Shown here in pieces: positions 54,371 through 64,000 of a stretch of DNA of 64,000 nt (positions are counted from its first letter, which is position 1; every line of letters starts with the position of its first letter). Source of the stretch: Planctomycetota bacterium. GTDB taxonomy: Bacteria > Planctomycetota > B15-G4. A program made the translations under genes and the position numbers. The notes below the pieces were generated by a model that had not been told where the DNA came from, made no database searches, and saw nothing but the letters and a program-made list of their open reading frames with translations. The stretch spans positions 3,136,001 through 3,200,000 of the forward strand of contig CBDFJQ010000002.1 in NCBI GenBank assembly GCA_965248575.1. The letters run 5' to 3'.

Positions 54371-54551
54371 GGCGGTCGTGGTTCCTTTCGATCTCTCAGT
54401 CGGGAGGGGCACCGAAAAGACGCACGCTCTTTCGAATCGAGGGGGGCGAGGGCCCCACACACCGGCGTCCCGTTGCCCGCCCTGCGGCTGCGATCCCGAC
54501 CGCCCCCCCTCTACATGACCGATCCCCAGTCGCGTGCTAGGCTTTCACCCT

Positions 54552-55127
54552 ATGAGCGCCCTTGCTATTCGACGTCTCTTCAGCGGCCTACGGGCCCGAT
54601 ATCACGTCTGGAACGGCCGCAGAGCCTACCGGGCGGGACGGCTGAGGGTCGCGGGGGTGCACCTGGACCAGGCCCTGGCCAACGGACACAGCTCCTTCAG
54701 CGCCCATCTGCTGCTGGGCAAGGTGGCCTACCGCGAGCGGGACATGCAGCGGGCCATGGACAACTTCCGGCTGGCGCGGCGGGCCGATGCCGTCCGCTAC
54801 GAGCTGGAGGGCTTCCCCCAGGGCTTCATCGAGTCCCTGGCCAAGCACCCCACCACGCCCCCCCGGCTCCAGTACCGCATCATCATCGAGCCCTCGCAGC
54901 CGAGGCAGCGCAGCGGCTCCCAACGGCCTCTCCAGGCCCAGGACGCCGTGAATGCTGACAACCTGCGCTCCGAGGGCGCGGGATCCGACGACCCGACCCA
55001 GGGCAGCCTCGGGGACTTCAGCAGCCGGGCCGAGAAGGACCAGGCCCGCTCCCGCCCCATGTTCCGCGCCGGTGAGTGGGCGGACATCGATTGGGACGTC
55101 GAGGCCCGCAAGCTCTTCGGCGAGTAG
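54552..55127 (+). CDS. Hypothetical protein with TPR-like N-terminus
   Basis: AHLLLGKVAYRERDMQRAMDNF; codon usage typical of the window. Confidence 0.65.
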   Translation: MSALAIRRLFSGLRARYHVWNGRRAYRAGRLRVAGVHLDQALANGHSSFSAHLLLGKVAYRERDMQRAMDNFRLARRADAVRYELEGFPQGFIESLAKHPTTPPRLQYRIIIEPSQPRQRSGSQRPLQAQDAVNADNLRSEGAGSDDPTQGSLGDFSSRAEKDQARSRPMFRAGEWADIDWDVEARKLFGE

Positions 55128-55207
55128 ACGGCACCCACGTCTGGCGTCGGAGCGCCCTTTCCGCGAAGATCGGCCCCCTTCCGGCCACCTCGCGGAGACC
55201 CCGGCCC

Positions 55208-56323
55208 ATGGCCGTGCCCAGCACCCTGAAACGCACCCCCCTCACGGCTCAGCATGAAGCCGCCGGGGCCCGCCTGGTGGACTTCTCCGGCTACCTCATG
55301 CCCGTGCAGTACGACGGCATCCTCGAGGAAGCCGTGCGCGTGCGTACCAAGGCCGGCCTGTTCGACCTGTGCCACATGGGGCGCTGCCGCATCTCCGGCC
55401 CGCAGGCCGTGGAAGCCTCGCAGTTCCTGGTGCACGTCAACGTGCACAAGATGAAGGAGGGCGCCATCCGCTACTCCTTCTTCGCCCGCGAAGACGGCAC
55501 GACCATGGATGACGTGCTGATCTACAAGGAAGATGACACCGTCTTCTTCTGCATCAACGCCGGCAACCGTGCCCGCGACCTGGAGTGGATGGCCGAGGTG
55601 GTGTCGCGCTACGACGCCACCCTCGAAGACCTCTCCGAAGAACTGGCCATGATCGCCATCCAGGGCCCGGCCTCGGTGAAGACCGTCGCGCCGCTCATGG
55701 GTGTCGACATCGACGACCTGGAAGCCATGAAGTACTACAGCTTCAAGAACGGTCAGGTGGGCGGTGTTCCAGCCATGATCTCACGCACGGGCTACACCGG
55801 CGAAGACGGCTTCGAGATCTACTTCGACGCCGACATGGCCGAGGACCTCTGGCAGTCACTGCTGGAATCGGGTGCGGAGTACGGCGTCACGCCCATCGGC
55901 CTCGCGGCGCGCGACACACTGCGCCTCGAAGCGGGCATGGCGCTCTACGGCCACGAACTGGACGACACCACCAACCCCGTGGAAGCGGGCATCGTGGTCA
56001 AGCCCATCAAGCACCCCCACGACTTCTCTGGCCGCGCGGCCATCGAAGCCATGGTGGAGTCGGGCCCGGGCCGCGTCCTGGTGGGCTTCACCACAGACAG
56101 CGCCCGGGTGCCACGCCAGGGCTACGAACTCGTCACCCTCGACCACACACCGGTCGGCATGGTGGTGAGCGGTTCGCCGTCCCCCACCATGGGCAAGAAC
56201 ATCGGCACCGCCTATGTCGCCAAGGGCCACGACAACCCCGGCGAGCGGTTGGCCATGGACATCCGTGGCAAGCGCCACGAAATCACGCTGCACGCACTAC
56301 CGTTCTATAAGCGCCCGCGCTGA
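55208..56323 (+). CDS. gcvT: Glycine cleavage system aminomethyltransferase
   Basis: KRTPL, LFDLCHMG, SRTGYTGEDGFE, RDTLRLEAG. Confidence 0.96.
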   Translation: MAVPSTLKRTPLTAQHEAAGARLVDFSGYLMPVQYDGILEEAVRVRTKAGLFDLCHMGRCRISGPQAVEASQFLVHVNVHKMKEGAIRYSFFAREDGTTMDDVLIYKEDDTVFFCINAGNRARDLEWMAEVVSRYDATLEDLSEELAMIAIQGPASVKTVAPLMGVDIDDLEAMKYYSFKNGQVGGVPAMISRTGYTGEDGFEIYFDADMAEDLWQSLLESGAEYGVTPIGLAARDTLRLEAGMALYGHELDDTTNPVEAGIVVKPIKHPHDFSGRAAIEAMVESGPGRVLVGFTTDSARVPRQGYELVTLDHTPVGMVVSGSPSPTMGKNIGTAYVAKGHDNPGERLAMDIRGKRHEITLHALPFYKRPR

Positions 56324-56378
56324 GCCGGGCACTCAACCAACTCACGCAACACGAACTCAATCAGGAGAGTCTGACGGG

Positions 56379-56759
56379 ATGAGCAACCCGAGCGATTTGA
56401 AGTACACCGAGAGCCACGAGTGGGTACGGGTGGAGGGCGACAGCGCCACCATCGGCATCACGTCCCACGCCGCCGAGAGCCTCTCGGACCTCGTCTTCCT
56501 GGAGCTGCCTGAGACTGGCGACAGCCTGTCGGCGGGCGAGAGCTTCGGCGAGATCGAGTCGGTGAAGGCCGTGTCGGAGCTGAAGAGCCCCATCAGCGGC
56601 GAAGTCACCGAAGCGAATACGGCGCTCGAAGACGACCTGACCGTCATCAACAGCGACCCGTACGGCACCGGTTGGATGGTCAAGGTCTCCGTGGGCGACG
56701 TGCCCGCCAACCTGATGGACGTGGCCGCTTATGAAGCCCACGTCGCCGCCGAAGCCTGA
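56379..56759 (+). CDS. gcvH: Glycine cleavage system H protein
   Basis: YTESHEW, lipoyl site IESVKA, DPYGTGW. Confidence 0.96.
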   Translation: MSNPSDLKYTESHEWVRVEGDSATIGITSHAAESLSDLVFLELPETGDSLSAGESFGEIESVKAVSELKSPISGEVTEANTALEDDLTVINSDPYGTGWMVKVSVGDVPANLMDVAAYEAHVAAEA

Positions 56760-56770
56760 GTCTCCACGCG

Positions 56771-56807
56771 CCCTGTCTCCGCCGCGCGTGCTCGCGGCGG
56801 GGCAGGG
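56771..56807 (+). other. Strong intergenic hairpin after gcvH
   Basis: CCCTGTC-T-CCGCCGCG / CGCGGCGG-GGCAGGG. Confidence 0.6.
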
Positions 56808-56924
56808 TGTCGCTGCGCCTGGCCCAGCTCTCGGCTAGACAAGCGCGGCACAACGGCGCCAGCCTTCTCCCGGCGGGCCAAACAGCCCACGGGCACACAC
56901 GAGCCAACAACGGAAGCCACCACC

Positions 56925-58265
56925 GTGACGTACGTCCAAAACACCGAGAAGGACCAGGCCGAGATGCTCGCCGCCATGGGGGCGGCCAGCACGGACGAGC
57001 TCTGGAAGGTCATCCCTGACGAGTGCCGCTTCGATGGGCACATGGACGTGGGCCCCGCGCTGACTGAGGACGCCCTGGTGCGCCACATGCGCGAGATCGC
57101 CCAGCGCAACGTGGCTGCCGACGCGCACCCCAGCTTCTTGGGCGCCGGCATCTACCGGCACTTCTGCCCGGCCCTGGTGGACAGCCTCGTGGCACGCACC
57201 GAGTTCTGGACGGCCTACACGCCGTACCAGCCGGAAGCGAGCCAGGGCACCCTCACCACCATCTACGAGTTCCAGACCCTCATGTGCCGCATCACCGGCA
57301 TGGAGGTCTCCAACGCCTCGGTCTATGACGGCGCGACCGCTGTCATTGAAGGCGTCATGTTGGCCCTGCGCACCAAGCGCAAGACGAAGCGCGTCCTGGC
57401 CAGCAAGGGCCTGCACCCCGACACCCTCGCCGTGCTGCGCACCTACCTGCGCCACATCGACGTCGATCTGGTGGAGGTGGACCTCGTGGACGGTGCGACA
57501 CCCGCCAGCGCAATGCAGGGCGAAGAGGTGGCTGCCGTCGCCTTCCAGAGCCCCAACTTCTACGGGGTCATCGAGGACGTGGCCGCCCTCTCGGACGCCG
57601 CCCACGAGCTGGGCGCCCTCTCCGTGGTGTCCGTCGACCCCATCTCGCTCTCGGTGCTCGAGGCGCCCGGCAAGCAGGGCGCGGACGTGGTCTGCGGCGA
57701 AGGCACGCCCATGGGCAACGAGCCCTGGCACGGCGGCCCGGGCTTTGGCTTCCTGTGCAGCAAGATGGAGATGGTGCGCCAGATGCCTGCGCGCATCGCC
57801 GGCGAGACCACAGACCACGACGGCAAACGCGCGGTGGTGCTCACCTTCCAGACGCGCGAGCAACACATCCGCCGCAAGAAGGCCACGAGCAACATCTGCA
57901 CGAGCCAGCAGCTCATGGCCCTGCGCGCCACCATCTGGGCCTCGCTGCTCGGCAAGGAGGGCTTCGCCCAGCTGGGTCGCACCAACCTGAGCCGCGCCCA
58001 CTACGCAGCGCAGGCCATCAGCGCCCTGCCCGGCTGGTCCCTCACCTACCCGGGGCAGTCCTTCTTCAAGGAGTTCTGCCTCACGGCGCCGCTACCTGCT
58101 GCGGAGATCAACCGCCGCCTGATGGACGAGCATCAGCTCATCGGCGGCTACGACCTGGGTCGCCTCGACGACGCCCGCAGCCACGACTGGCTGCTGGCCG
58201 TCACCGATGTGGTGACCCGCGAAGAGATCGACAAGCTCGTCGCCGCCCTTGCAGGGATGGCCTGA
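56925..58265 (+). CDS. gcvPA: Glycine dehydrogenase subunit 1
   Basis: TAYTPYQPEASQG, REQHIRRKKATSNICT. Confidence 0.96.
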   Translation: MTYVQNTEKDQAEMLAAMGAASTDELWKVIPDECRFDGHMDVGPALTEDALVRHMREIAQRNVAADAHPSFLGAGIYRHFCPALVDSLVARTEFWTAYTPYQPEASQGTLTTIYEFQTLMCRITGMEVSNASVYDGATAVIEGVMLALRTKRKTKRVLASKGLHPDTLAVLRTYLRHIDVDLVEVDLVDGATPASAMQGEEVAAVAFQSPNFYGVIEDVAALSDAAHELGALSVVSVDPISLSVLEAPGKQGADVVCGEGTPMGNEPWHGGPGFGFLCSKMEMVRQMPARIAGETTDHDGKRAVVLTFQTREQHIRRKKATSNICTSQQLMALRATIWASLLGKEGFAQLGRTNLSRAHYAAQAISALPGWSLTYPGQSFFKEFCLTAPLPAAEINRRLMDEHQLIGGYDLGRLDDARSHDWLLAVTDVVTREEIDKLVAALAGMA

Positions 58266-58266
58266 G

Positions 58267-59817
58267 ATGACCACCACCGACGCGACCACCCCCGACAACC
58301 GGGTGCCGAACATGACCAGCTCCACCTGCTCCGCGAACGCCGTCGACCCGGCCTCGCTGCCTATCACCATCTTCGAGAAGTCGAGTGAAGGCCGCCACGG
58401 CGTGACCGTGCCGCACACCGACGTCCCGGACGTGGACCCGGCGAGCGTGCTGCCTCCATCGGCCGTGCGCGCCGAGACTGCCGAGCTGCCCGAAGTGGGC
58501 GAGCTGGACGTGATGCGCCACTACACGCACCTCTCCACCCTCAACTTCTCCATCGCCAACGCGTTCTATCCGTTGGGCTCGTGCACGATGAAGTACAACC
58601 CGCTCGTGAACGAGAAGGTCGCGGCCCTGCCGGGCTTCGCCGCGCTGCACCCCATGCAGACGGACGACCAGGTGCAGGGGATGCTCGAGCTCTACTGGCG
58701 GCTCGAGAAGCTCCTGTGCGAGATCTCCGGTCTCGACGCTGTGAGCATCCACCCCACGGCGGGCGCCCACGGCGAGCTCACGGCGCTCATGTGCATCCGC
58801 AAGTTCCTCGATGACAAAGGCGAGACCGAGCGCAAGGTCATCTTGATCCCCGACAGTGCCCACGGCACGAACCCCGCTTCCTGCACCATGGCGGGCTTCA
58901 CCACCCGCGAGCTCAAGAGCGATGCGCGCGGCCGCGTGGACATGGATTCGCTGGAGTCAGTGCTCGGGCCCGACGTGGCCGGCCTGATGATCACCAACCC
59001 GTCGACGCTCGGCCTGTTCGAACCGAACATCCAGAAGATCTGCGAGAAGGTGCACGCCGCCGGCGGCCTCGTCTACATGGACGGCGCCAACATGAACGCC
59101 ATCCTGGGCCGCACGCGCCCGGGTGACTTCGGCGTGGACGTGATGCACTTCAACCTGCACAAGACCTTCAGCCAGCCCCACGGCGGCGGCGGCCCGGGTG
59201 CGGGCCCCATCGCGGTGACCTCGGCCCTGGCGCCCTTCCTGCCGGTGCCCAAGGTGGAGCTGGTGGAGGGCAGCGACGCGGATGGCGCTCAGCCAAAGTT
59301 CCGCATCGTGCGCTGCGCCGAGAAGAGCATCGGTACCACGCGCGGTTTCCTGGGCAACTCAGGAGTGGTGGTGCGGTCCTACTCGTACATCCGTTCGCTG
59401 GGCGAGCGCGGGCTGCTGCGTGTCTCCGAGAACGCCGTGCTCAACGCCAACTACATCCGCGTGAGCCTCCAGGACAGCTACCGGGTGTGGGTCAATGAGA
59501 CTTGCATGCACGAGTTCGTGGCCACCGCCAAGGGCCTGCCCAACGGCATCACGGCCACGGACATCGCCAAGCGGCTCATCGACTACGGCATCCACCCGCC
59601 GACCATCTACTTCCCGCTGATCGTGCCCGAGGCGCTCATGATCGAGCCCACGGAGACGGAGTCGAAGGAGACGCTCGACAACTTCATCGCGGCCATGAAG
59701 GCCATCCGCGAGGAGTGCGAGACGGACCCGGAGATGCTCAAGCATGCGCCGTACACCCGGAGCATTGGGCGGCCGGATGAGGTCAAGGCGGTGAAGTCGC
59801 CGCGCGTCGTGGTCTAG
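58267..59817 (+). CDS. gcvPB: Glycine dehydrogenase subunit 2
   Basis: PLGSCTMKYNP, SAHGTNPAS, PLP site NLHKTF..PHGGGGPG. Confidence 0.96.
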   Translation: MTTTDATTPDNRVPNMTSSTCSANAVDPASLPITIFEKSSEGRHGVTVPHTDVPDVDPASVLPPSAVRAETAELPEVGELDVMRHYTHLSTLNFSIANAFYPLGSCTMKYNPLVNEKVAALPGFAALHPMQTDDQVQGMLELYWRLEKLLCEISGLDAVSIHPTAGAHGELTALMCIRKFLDDKGETERKVILIPDSAHGTNPASCTMAGFTTRELKSDARGRVDMDSLESVLGPDVAGLMITNPSTLGLFEPNIQKICEKVHAAGGLVYMDGANMNAILGRTRPGDFGVDVMHFNLHKTFSQPHGGGGPGAGPIAVTSALAPFLPVPKVELVEGSDADGAQPKFRIVRCAEKSIGTTRGFLGNSGVVVRSYSYIRSLGERGLLRVSENAVLNANYIRVSLQDSYRVWVNETCMHEFVATAKGLPNGITATDIAKRLIDYGIHPPTIYFPLIVPEALMIEPTETESKETLDNFIAAMKAIREECETDPEMLKHAPYTRSIGRPDEVKAVKSPRVVV

Positions 59818-60096
59818 CTGCGGCGTCCTGGGGGTGGTGGGGGCGTGACGGTGGTTGGCGCTCCAGGCAAAGCGAGGGGGTGCGGCCCCCGGGACGTCGG
59901 CGGTCGCGAGGTGAACAGCTTGCTGATGGGATGGTCTGTGACGGCCCCGTCGGGCATCGGGCATAGGGCGTTTCGGCTGGCGCTGGCGGCCCACGGCGCC
60001 TTGCGGGGGCCGGGGAATGCACCTACATTCGCCCCTCCTCGACGGTCGGGGTGAGGAAGCTGTCTTCAGCTTGTGTGCCATGAGAGGTCCTTGACG

Positions 60097-63000
60097 ATGC
60101 CCCGACTGCTCCACGTCGCGTTCGCAGTCCTGTTGTTCACCGTGAGCGCTGCTGCACAGTCCATCGACCGTGTCTCTTCGGACGAAGGCACCATCGGCGA
60201 CGTCATCACGATTGATGGCTCTGGCTTCGGGACCAAGAAGCCCAAGGTCGAACTGATCGATCTCGAGTTGGACAAGAAGGCCAAGGGGACAACGCTCAAG
60301 GTCACTGCGAACACCGACTCCTCGCTGACCGTCGAGATCAAGAAGGCCAAGGCCGGCACCTACGGTCTCGTCGTACAGCCGAAGGGCAAAGGCATCGAGC
60401 CCATCGTCTCGGCCGGCGACTTCACCATCCGCGCGCCGATGGTCCAATCGACCAAAGGCGTCGGTGGCATGCCCGGCGACGAGGTCCAGATCACCGTCGA
60501 CTTCCTGGGCAACAAGCAGCCCAAGGTGAAGGTGGGCGGCAAGAAGTCACCCGTCAGGGGCGTCGCCCTGGCCACCGAGGGCAACGGCAACACTTCACTC
60601 GTCACCATCAAGATCCCCAAGTCGCTGCCCAACGGCACGTGGCCGGTGGAGCTGACGACGCCCGTGGGCCAGGGATTTGCGCACTCGATCGTGACGGTCA
60701 CGGGGAGCACCAAGAAGATCGGCAAGGCGTCCCTGAAGATCACGGTCGACAGCAAGAAATTCAAGGTGAGCAAGAAGAAGCTCGTCGTGGGCTCCTCGGA
60801 CTTCGGCGTGGAGTTCGTCGCCACCAAGCCCGAGAAGGGAGGTGAGCGGGTCCTCACTGTGCTGATCCCCTACATCCCCGGCACCGACATGATCCCGGTC
60901 GCGATCGAGGGCGTGCCCTCCGGCTCAGGGCTGATGAGCTACGAGGAGTCCGGAGTCGGCGGCGGTGGGACGACGACCTTTGGCCTTGGGACCATGTCCG
61001 CACACCTGTACGCGTCCGGCGACAGCAAGCTCGTCGGCGCGTTCTCGGGCGTGCTGACGGCGGCTGGTGCGGAGGAAGCTGGGGGCGCCCCGGTCTTCGT
61101 CGACGGGACCTTCACGGTGGATGTCACCACCGAGGTGGGGATGCCGCCGGCCGCGATGTTCACCACGGTGCAAGGGCTCGTCGTCGACACCGACTTGATG
61201 CCAGTCGCTGGGGCTGATGTCAGCACCTCGGCCGGTGAGGAAACGGTGACCGACGGCGACGGGACCTTCCGCTTCAACGATCACCCCTTGCTCCCCGAGC
61301 CGCTGGAAATCACCGCCTCGATGGGACAGCTCCTCGGCGTTGCCATCGTCGCAGACATCAATGCGGGTGGTGTCACCGATGCAGGCATCATCGTGCTGGA
61401 TCTCGACACGGATGGTGATCAGCTCCCGGACTGGTACGAGCTGTTTGTGACCTTTACCGATCCGTTGCTCGCCGACACCGATGGTGACGGCTTCGACGAT
61501 GGGGAGGAGGTCAAGCTGGGCTCGGATCCGCTGGTCTTCGATCCGCCCACCACCATCATGGGGCAGGTCGAGCTGCCCGGGCGGGTTCCGGCCGACGGAG
61601 CCTCGCTGAGCATCGTGGGCGTACCCACTGACCTGTTCTCCGCCACAGCGGATGGCGCCGGGATGTTCACCTTCGCGTCACCCTGGCCGGCAAACCTCAG
61701 CCCGGTGACAGTGACCGCAAAGCTCGTCGACATGAGCGGAGTGTTCGAGGGCGAGTCGCTCGCCACCCCGACCGTTCCGGATGGCGTGACCATCATCGCC
61801 GCCTTCACGATCGAGAGCTCCGGCTCCGGAGGCGGAACCGGGCTGTTCGAGGCGGCGACCTACTACGCAGGCGACGTTCCGAGGCAGTTCGAGATCGCGG
61901 ACCTGGACGAGGATGGCCATGCGGACCTCGTGGTCGTCGCAACTGGGGAGCCCTTCGATGACAGGCAGGTCTGGGTGCTGCTCGGGGACGGTGAAGGAGG
62001 GTTCGGTGTCGGCCAGAGCTTCAGCACCATGGTCGACCAGTTTGACTCCGTCGGCCCGCGCGGGCTGGTCGTGGCCGACTTCGACCAGGACGAGAACCTC
62101 GATGTCGCCGTGACGGACATCTTCGACGACAAGGTGTCGGTCCTGTTCGGCGCTGGTGACGGCACCTTCGGCCTGCCCCAGGACTACCCGACCGGCGACG
62201 AGGGGTGGGATGTGACGGCCGCCGACTTCGACCAGGACACGTTCCTCGATCTGGCCGTGGTGAACAGGACCGACTCCAGCATCTCCGTGCTGCTCAACCA
62301 GGGCGATGGAACATTCGGAACCGCCCAGACCTACGCGACAGGCGACCTGCCCGAATCGATCGAAGTGGGCTTGTTCGACGGCAACCTGTTCCCTGACCTG
62401 GTGGTGGCCAACAGCGGCGCCGGAAGCGTCTCCGTGCTGCTGGGTATCGGCAACGGCACCTTCGGTGCCGCGAGCGATTTCGGAGTGGCCGACGAGCCTC
62501 GCGATCTCGAAATCGCCGACCTCGATGATGACGGGAAGCTCGATGTGGCCGTCGTTGGCCAGGCGGATGACGAGGTCAGCGTCCTGCTCGGGAACGGCGC
62601 CGGCAGCTTCTCAGCGTCCATGGAGTTCGCGACCGGGACGGGCTTCTCGAATCAGCCGGTGGGCCTCTCGATCGCCGATGTCGATCAGGATTCGACGCTC
62701 GATCTGCTCATCGCCAACAACTTGACCAGCCAGGTCAGCGTGCTCATTGGCGCCGGTGACGGCAGTTTTGGCGCACCGCAGGAGTTCACGGCGGGCAAAC
62801 TCGCCATGGCCGTCGGCGTGGCTGACTTCGATGAAGACGGCGCGCTGGATCTGGCGGTCCCCAACCAGACCGCGGACGCTGTCACGATCCTGTTCGGCGC
62901 GGGCGACGGGAGCTTTGGCGCCCCGAAGAGCTTTGACGCGGACTTCATCGCCACCTCGGTCGCCATCGCGGACATCGACGAGGACAACATCCCCGACGCC

Positions 63001-63960
63001 ATCGTCACGAAGAACACGACCGACCTGGTCTCGGTGCTGCTCGGTGATGGCTCCGGGAACTTCGGCGTCGCGCAGGATTTCGCTGCGGGCCAAGACCTGT
63101 CGGATGTCGCCGTGGCCGACCTCGACGGAGACGATCATCTGGACCTCGCCGTCGCGAACTTCGCATCCGACGATGTCTCAGTGTTGCTCGGCGCTGGTGA
63201 CGGCACCTTCGCCGCCGCCCAGCAATTCGTCGCCGGCAATGGTCCGCGAGCTCTCGCAGTCGGCCTCCTCGATGGGGATTCGCTGCCCGACATCGTGACC
63301 GCGAACTTCAACGCCGACCGCGTGTCGGTGCTGCTCGGGACAGGAGGCGGCGGATTCGCCGCGCCCCAGGACTACCTCGTCGGCGACGGGCCGTTTGACG
63401 TCGCGATCGGTGACTTCGACAAGGACGGCAGCGCCGACCTCGCCGTCACCGCCCAGAATGACGACAGCGTCTCGATCCTCTTCGGCGTAGGCGATGGCAG
63501 CTTTGGCTCCCTGCTCGCACTTCCCGTTGGAGACACGCCCTACGGGGTCGCCGTGACGGACATCAGCCAAGACGGCTCCATCGATGTCGTCGTCACCAAC
63601 GAGCAGTCTGATGATCTCTCGGTGATCCTCGGCAACGGTGACGGCAGCTTCCTCATGGCACAGACCCTGCCAGCGTATCCGGCATCCAACGACACCTTTC
63701 CGGGGATCTTCCCCCGTTCTGTCGCCATCGGCGACGTGAACGGCGATGGCTTGCCGGACCTGGTGACCGCCAACTACCTCAACCAGACCTTCGGGGTCTT
63801 CCTCGGCCTGGGGGGAGGGAACTTCGCGGCCATTCAGACCTTCATCACCGGCAGTGGAGTCACTGGTCTCGCCCTGGCCGACCTCAACCTCGATGGCTTC
63901 CTCGACGTGGCCACCGGCAGCGAGATCATTGCGCTCTGGATCAGCCTCAACAAGCTCTGA
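60097..63960 (+). CDS. Large secreted protein: IPT/TIG-like, carboxypeptidase-regulatory-like and TSP3-like segments, then 14 FG-GAP/VCBS repeats
   Basis: Signal peptide ..SAAAQ; GDVITIDGSGFG; DTDGDQLPD..DTDGDGFDD; 14 D.D.DG..D-type blades. Confidence 0.85.
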   Translation: MPRLLHVAFAVLLFTVSAAAQSIDRVSSDEGTIGDVITIDGSGFGTKKPKVELIDLELDKKAKGTTLKVTANTDSSLTVEIKKAKAGTYGLVVQPKGKGIEPIVSAGDFTIRAPMVQSTKGVGGMPGDEVQITVDFLGNKQPKVKVGGKKSPVRGVALATEGNGNTSLVTIKIPKSLPNGTWPVELTTPVGQGFAHSIVTVTGSTKKIGKASLKITVDSKKFKVSKKKLVVGSSDFGVEFVATKPEKGGERVLTVLIPYIPGTDMIPVAIEGVPSGSGLMSYEESGVGGGGTTTFGLGTMSAHLYASGDSKLVGAFSGVLTAAGAEEAGGAPVFVDGTFTVDVTTEVGMPPAAMFTTVQGLVVDTDLMPVAGADVSTSAGEETVTDGDGTFRFNDHPLLPEPLEITASMGQLLGVAIVADINAGGVTDAGIIVLDLDTDGDQLPDWYELFVTFTDPLLADTDGDGFDDGEEVKLGSDPLVFDPPTTIMGQVELPGRVPADGASLSIVGVPTDLFSATADGAGMFTFASPWPANLSPVTVTAKLVDMSGVFEGESLATPTVPDGVTIIAAFTIESSGSGGGTGLFEAATYYAGDVPRQFEIADLDEDGHADLVVVATGEPFDDRQVWVLLGDGEGGFGVGQSFSTMVDQFDSVGPRGLVVADFDQDENLDVAVTDIFDDKVSVLFGAGDGTFGLPQDYPTGDEGWDVTAADFDQDTFLDLAVVNRTDSSISVLLNQGDGTFGTAQTYATGDLPESIEVGLFDGNLFPDLVVANSGAGSVSVLLGIGNGTFGAASDFGVADEPRDLEIADLDDDGKLDVAVVGQADDEVSVLLGNGAGSFSASMEFATGTGFSNQPVGLSIADVDQDSTLDLLIANNLTSQVSVLIGAGDGSFGAPQEFTAGKLAMAVGVADFDEDGALDLAVPNQTADAVTILFGAGDGSFGAPKSFDADFIATSVAIADIDEDNIPDAIVTKNTTDLVSVLLGDGSGNFGVAQDFAAGQDLSDVAVADLDGDDHLDLAVANFASDDVSVLLGAGDGTFAAAQQFVAGNGPRALAVGLLDGDSLPDIVTANFNADRVSVLLGTGGGGFAAPQDYLVGDGPFDVAIGDFDKDGSADLAVTAQNDDSVSILFGVGDGSFGSLLALPVGDTPYGVAVTDISQDGSIDVVVTNEQSDDLSVILGNGDGSFLMAQTLPAYPASNDTFPGIFPRSVAIGDVNGDGLPDLVTANYLNQTFGVFLGLGGGNFAAIQTFITGSGVTGLALADLNLDGFLDVATGSEIIALWISLNKL

Positions 63961-64000
63961 ACAAACACGCTGGGGTACGCCCCAAACGGTTCGGGTCAGA

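Noticed and set aside
55128..55207. Glycine riboswitch upstream of gcvT
   Set aside because: The spacer is only 80 nt and lacks the GGAGA..CCGAAG..CTCTCAGG aptamer pattern
59818..60072. G-rich spacer after gcvPB as an ncRNA or ORF
   Set aside because: No convincing long stems, terminator or coding signal found by eye

Overview
High-GC bacterial chromosomal window with no rRNA, tRNA, CRISPR array or transposase visible. It is rich in secreted FG-GAP/CRTAC1 proteins, carboxypeptidase-regulatory-like proteins and a prenyltransferase-toroid protein, which suggests Planctomycetota (inference). Recognisable genes: ettA, an Fpg/Nei glycosylase, two cyclophilins, an lpxL-like acyltransferase, nnrE, a cusCBA-type Cu/Ag efflux operon, a sigma-54 activator, an M1 aminopeptidase, an SNF2 ATPase, arsI/cadI with a sigZ-like ECF sigma, and gcvT-H-PA-PB. 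The strongest candidate for a new system is a four-gene operon at 26122-33969: TPR protein, ExbB, ExbD and a 1235-aa protein. That protein carries a TonB/TolA-type SxxxH transmembrane motif and a ~470-aa linker, but has a TolB-like PD40 propeller at the N-terminus and a squalene-cyclase-like toroid where a TonB C-domain would be. Other leads: an unannotated ~170-nt structured RNA with a U-tract (10936-11109, minus strand), a membrane-anchored DUF4062 protein with atypical codon usage, and a Cys-rich RPP leader ORF ahead of cusCBA. All calls come from reading motifs by eye; no searches or folding were run.
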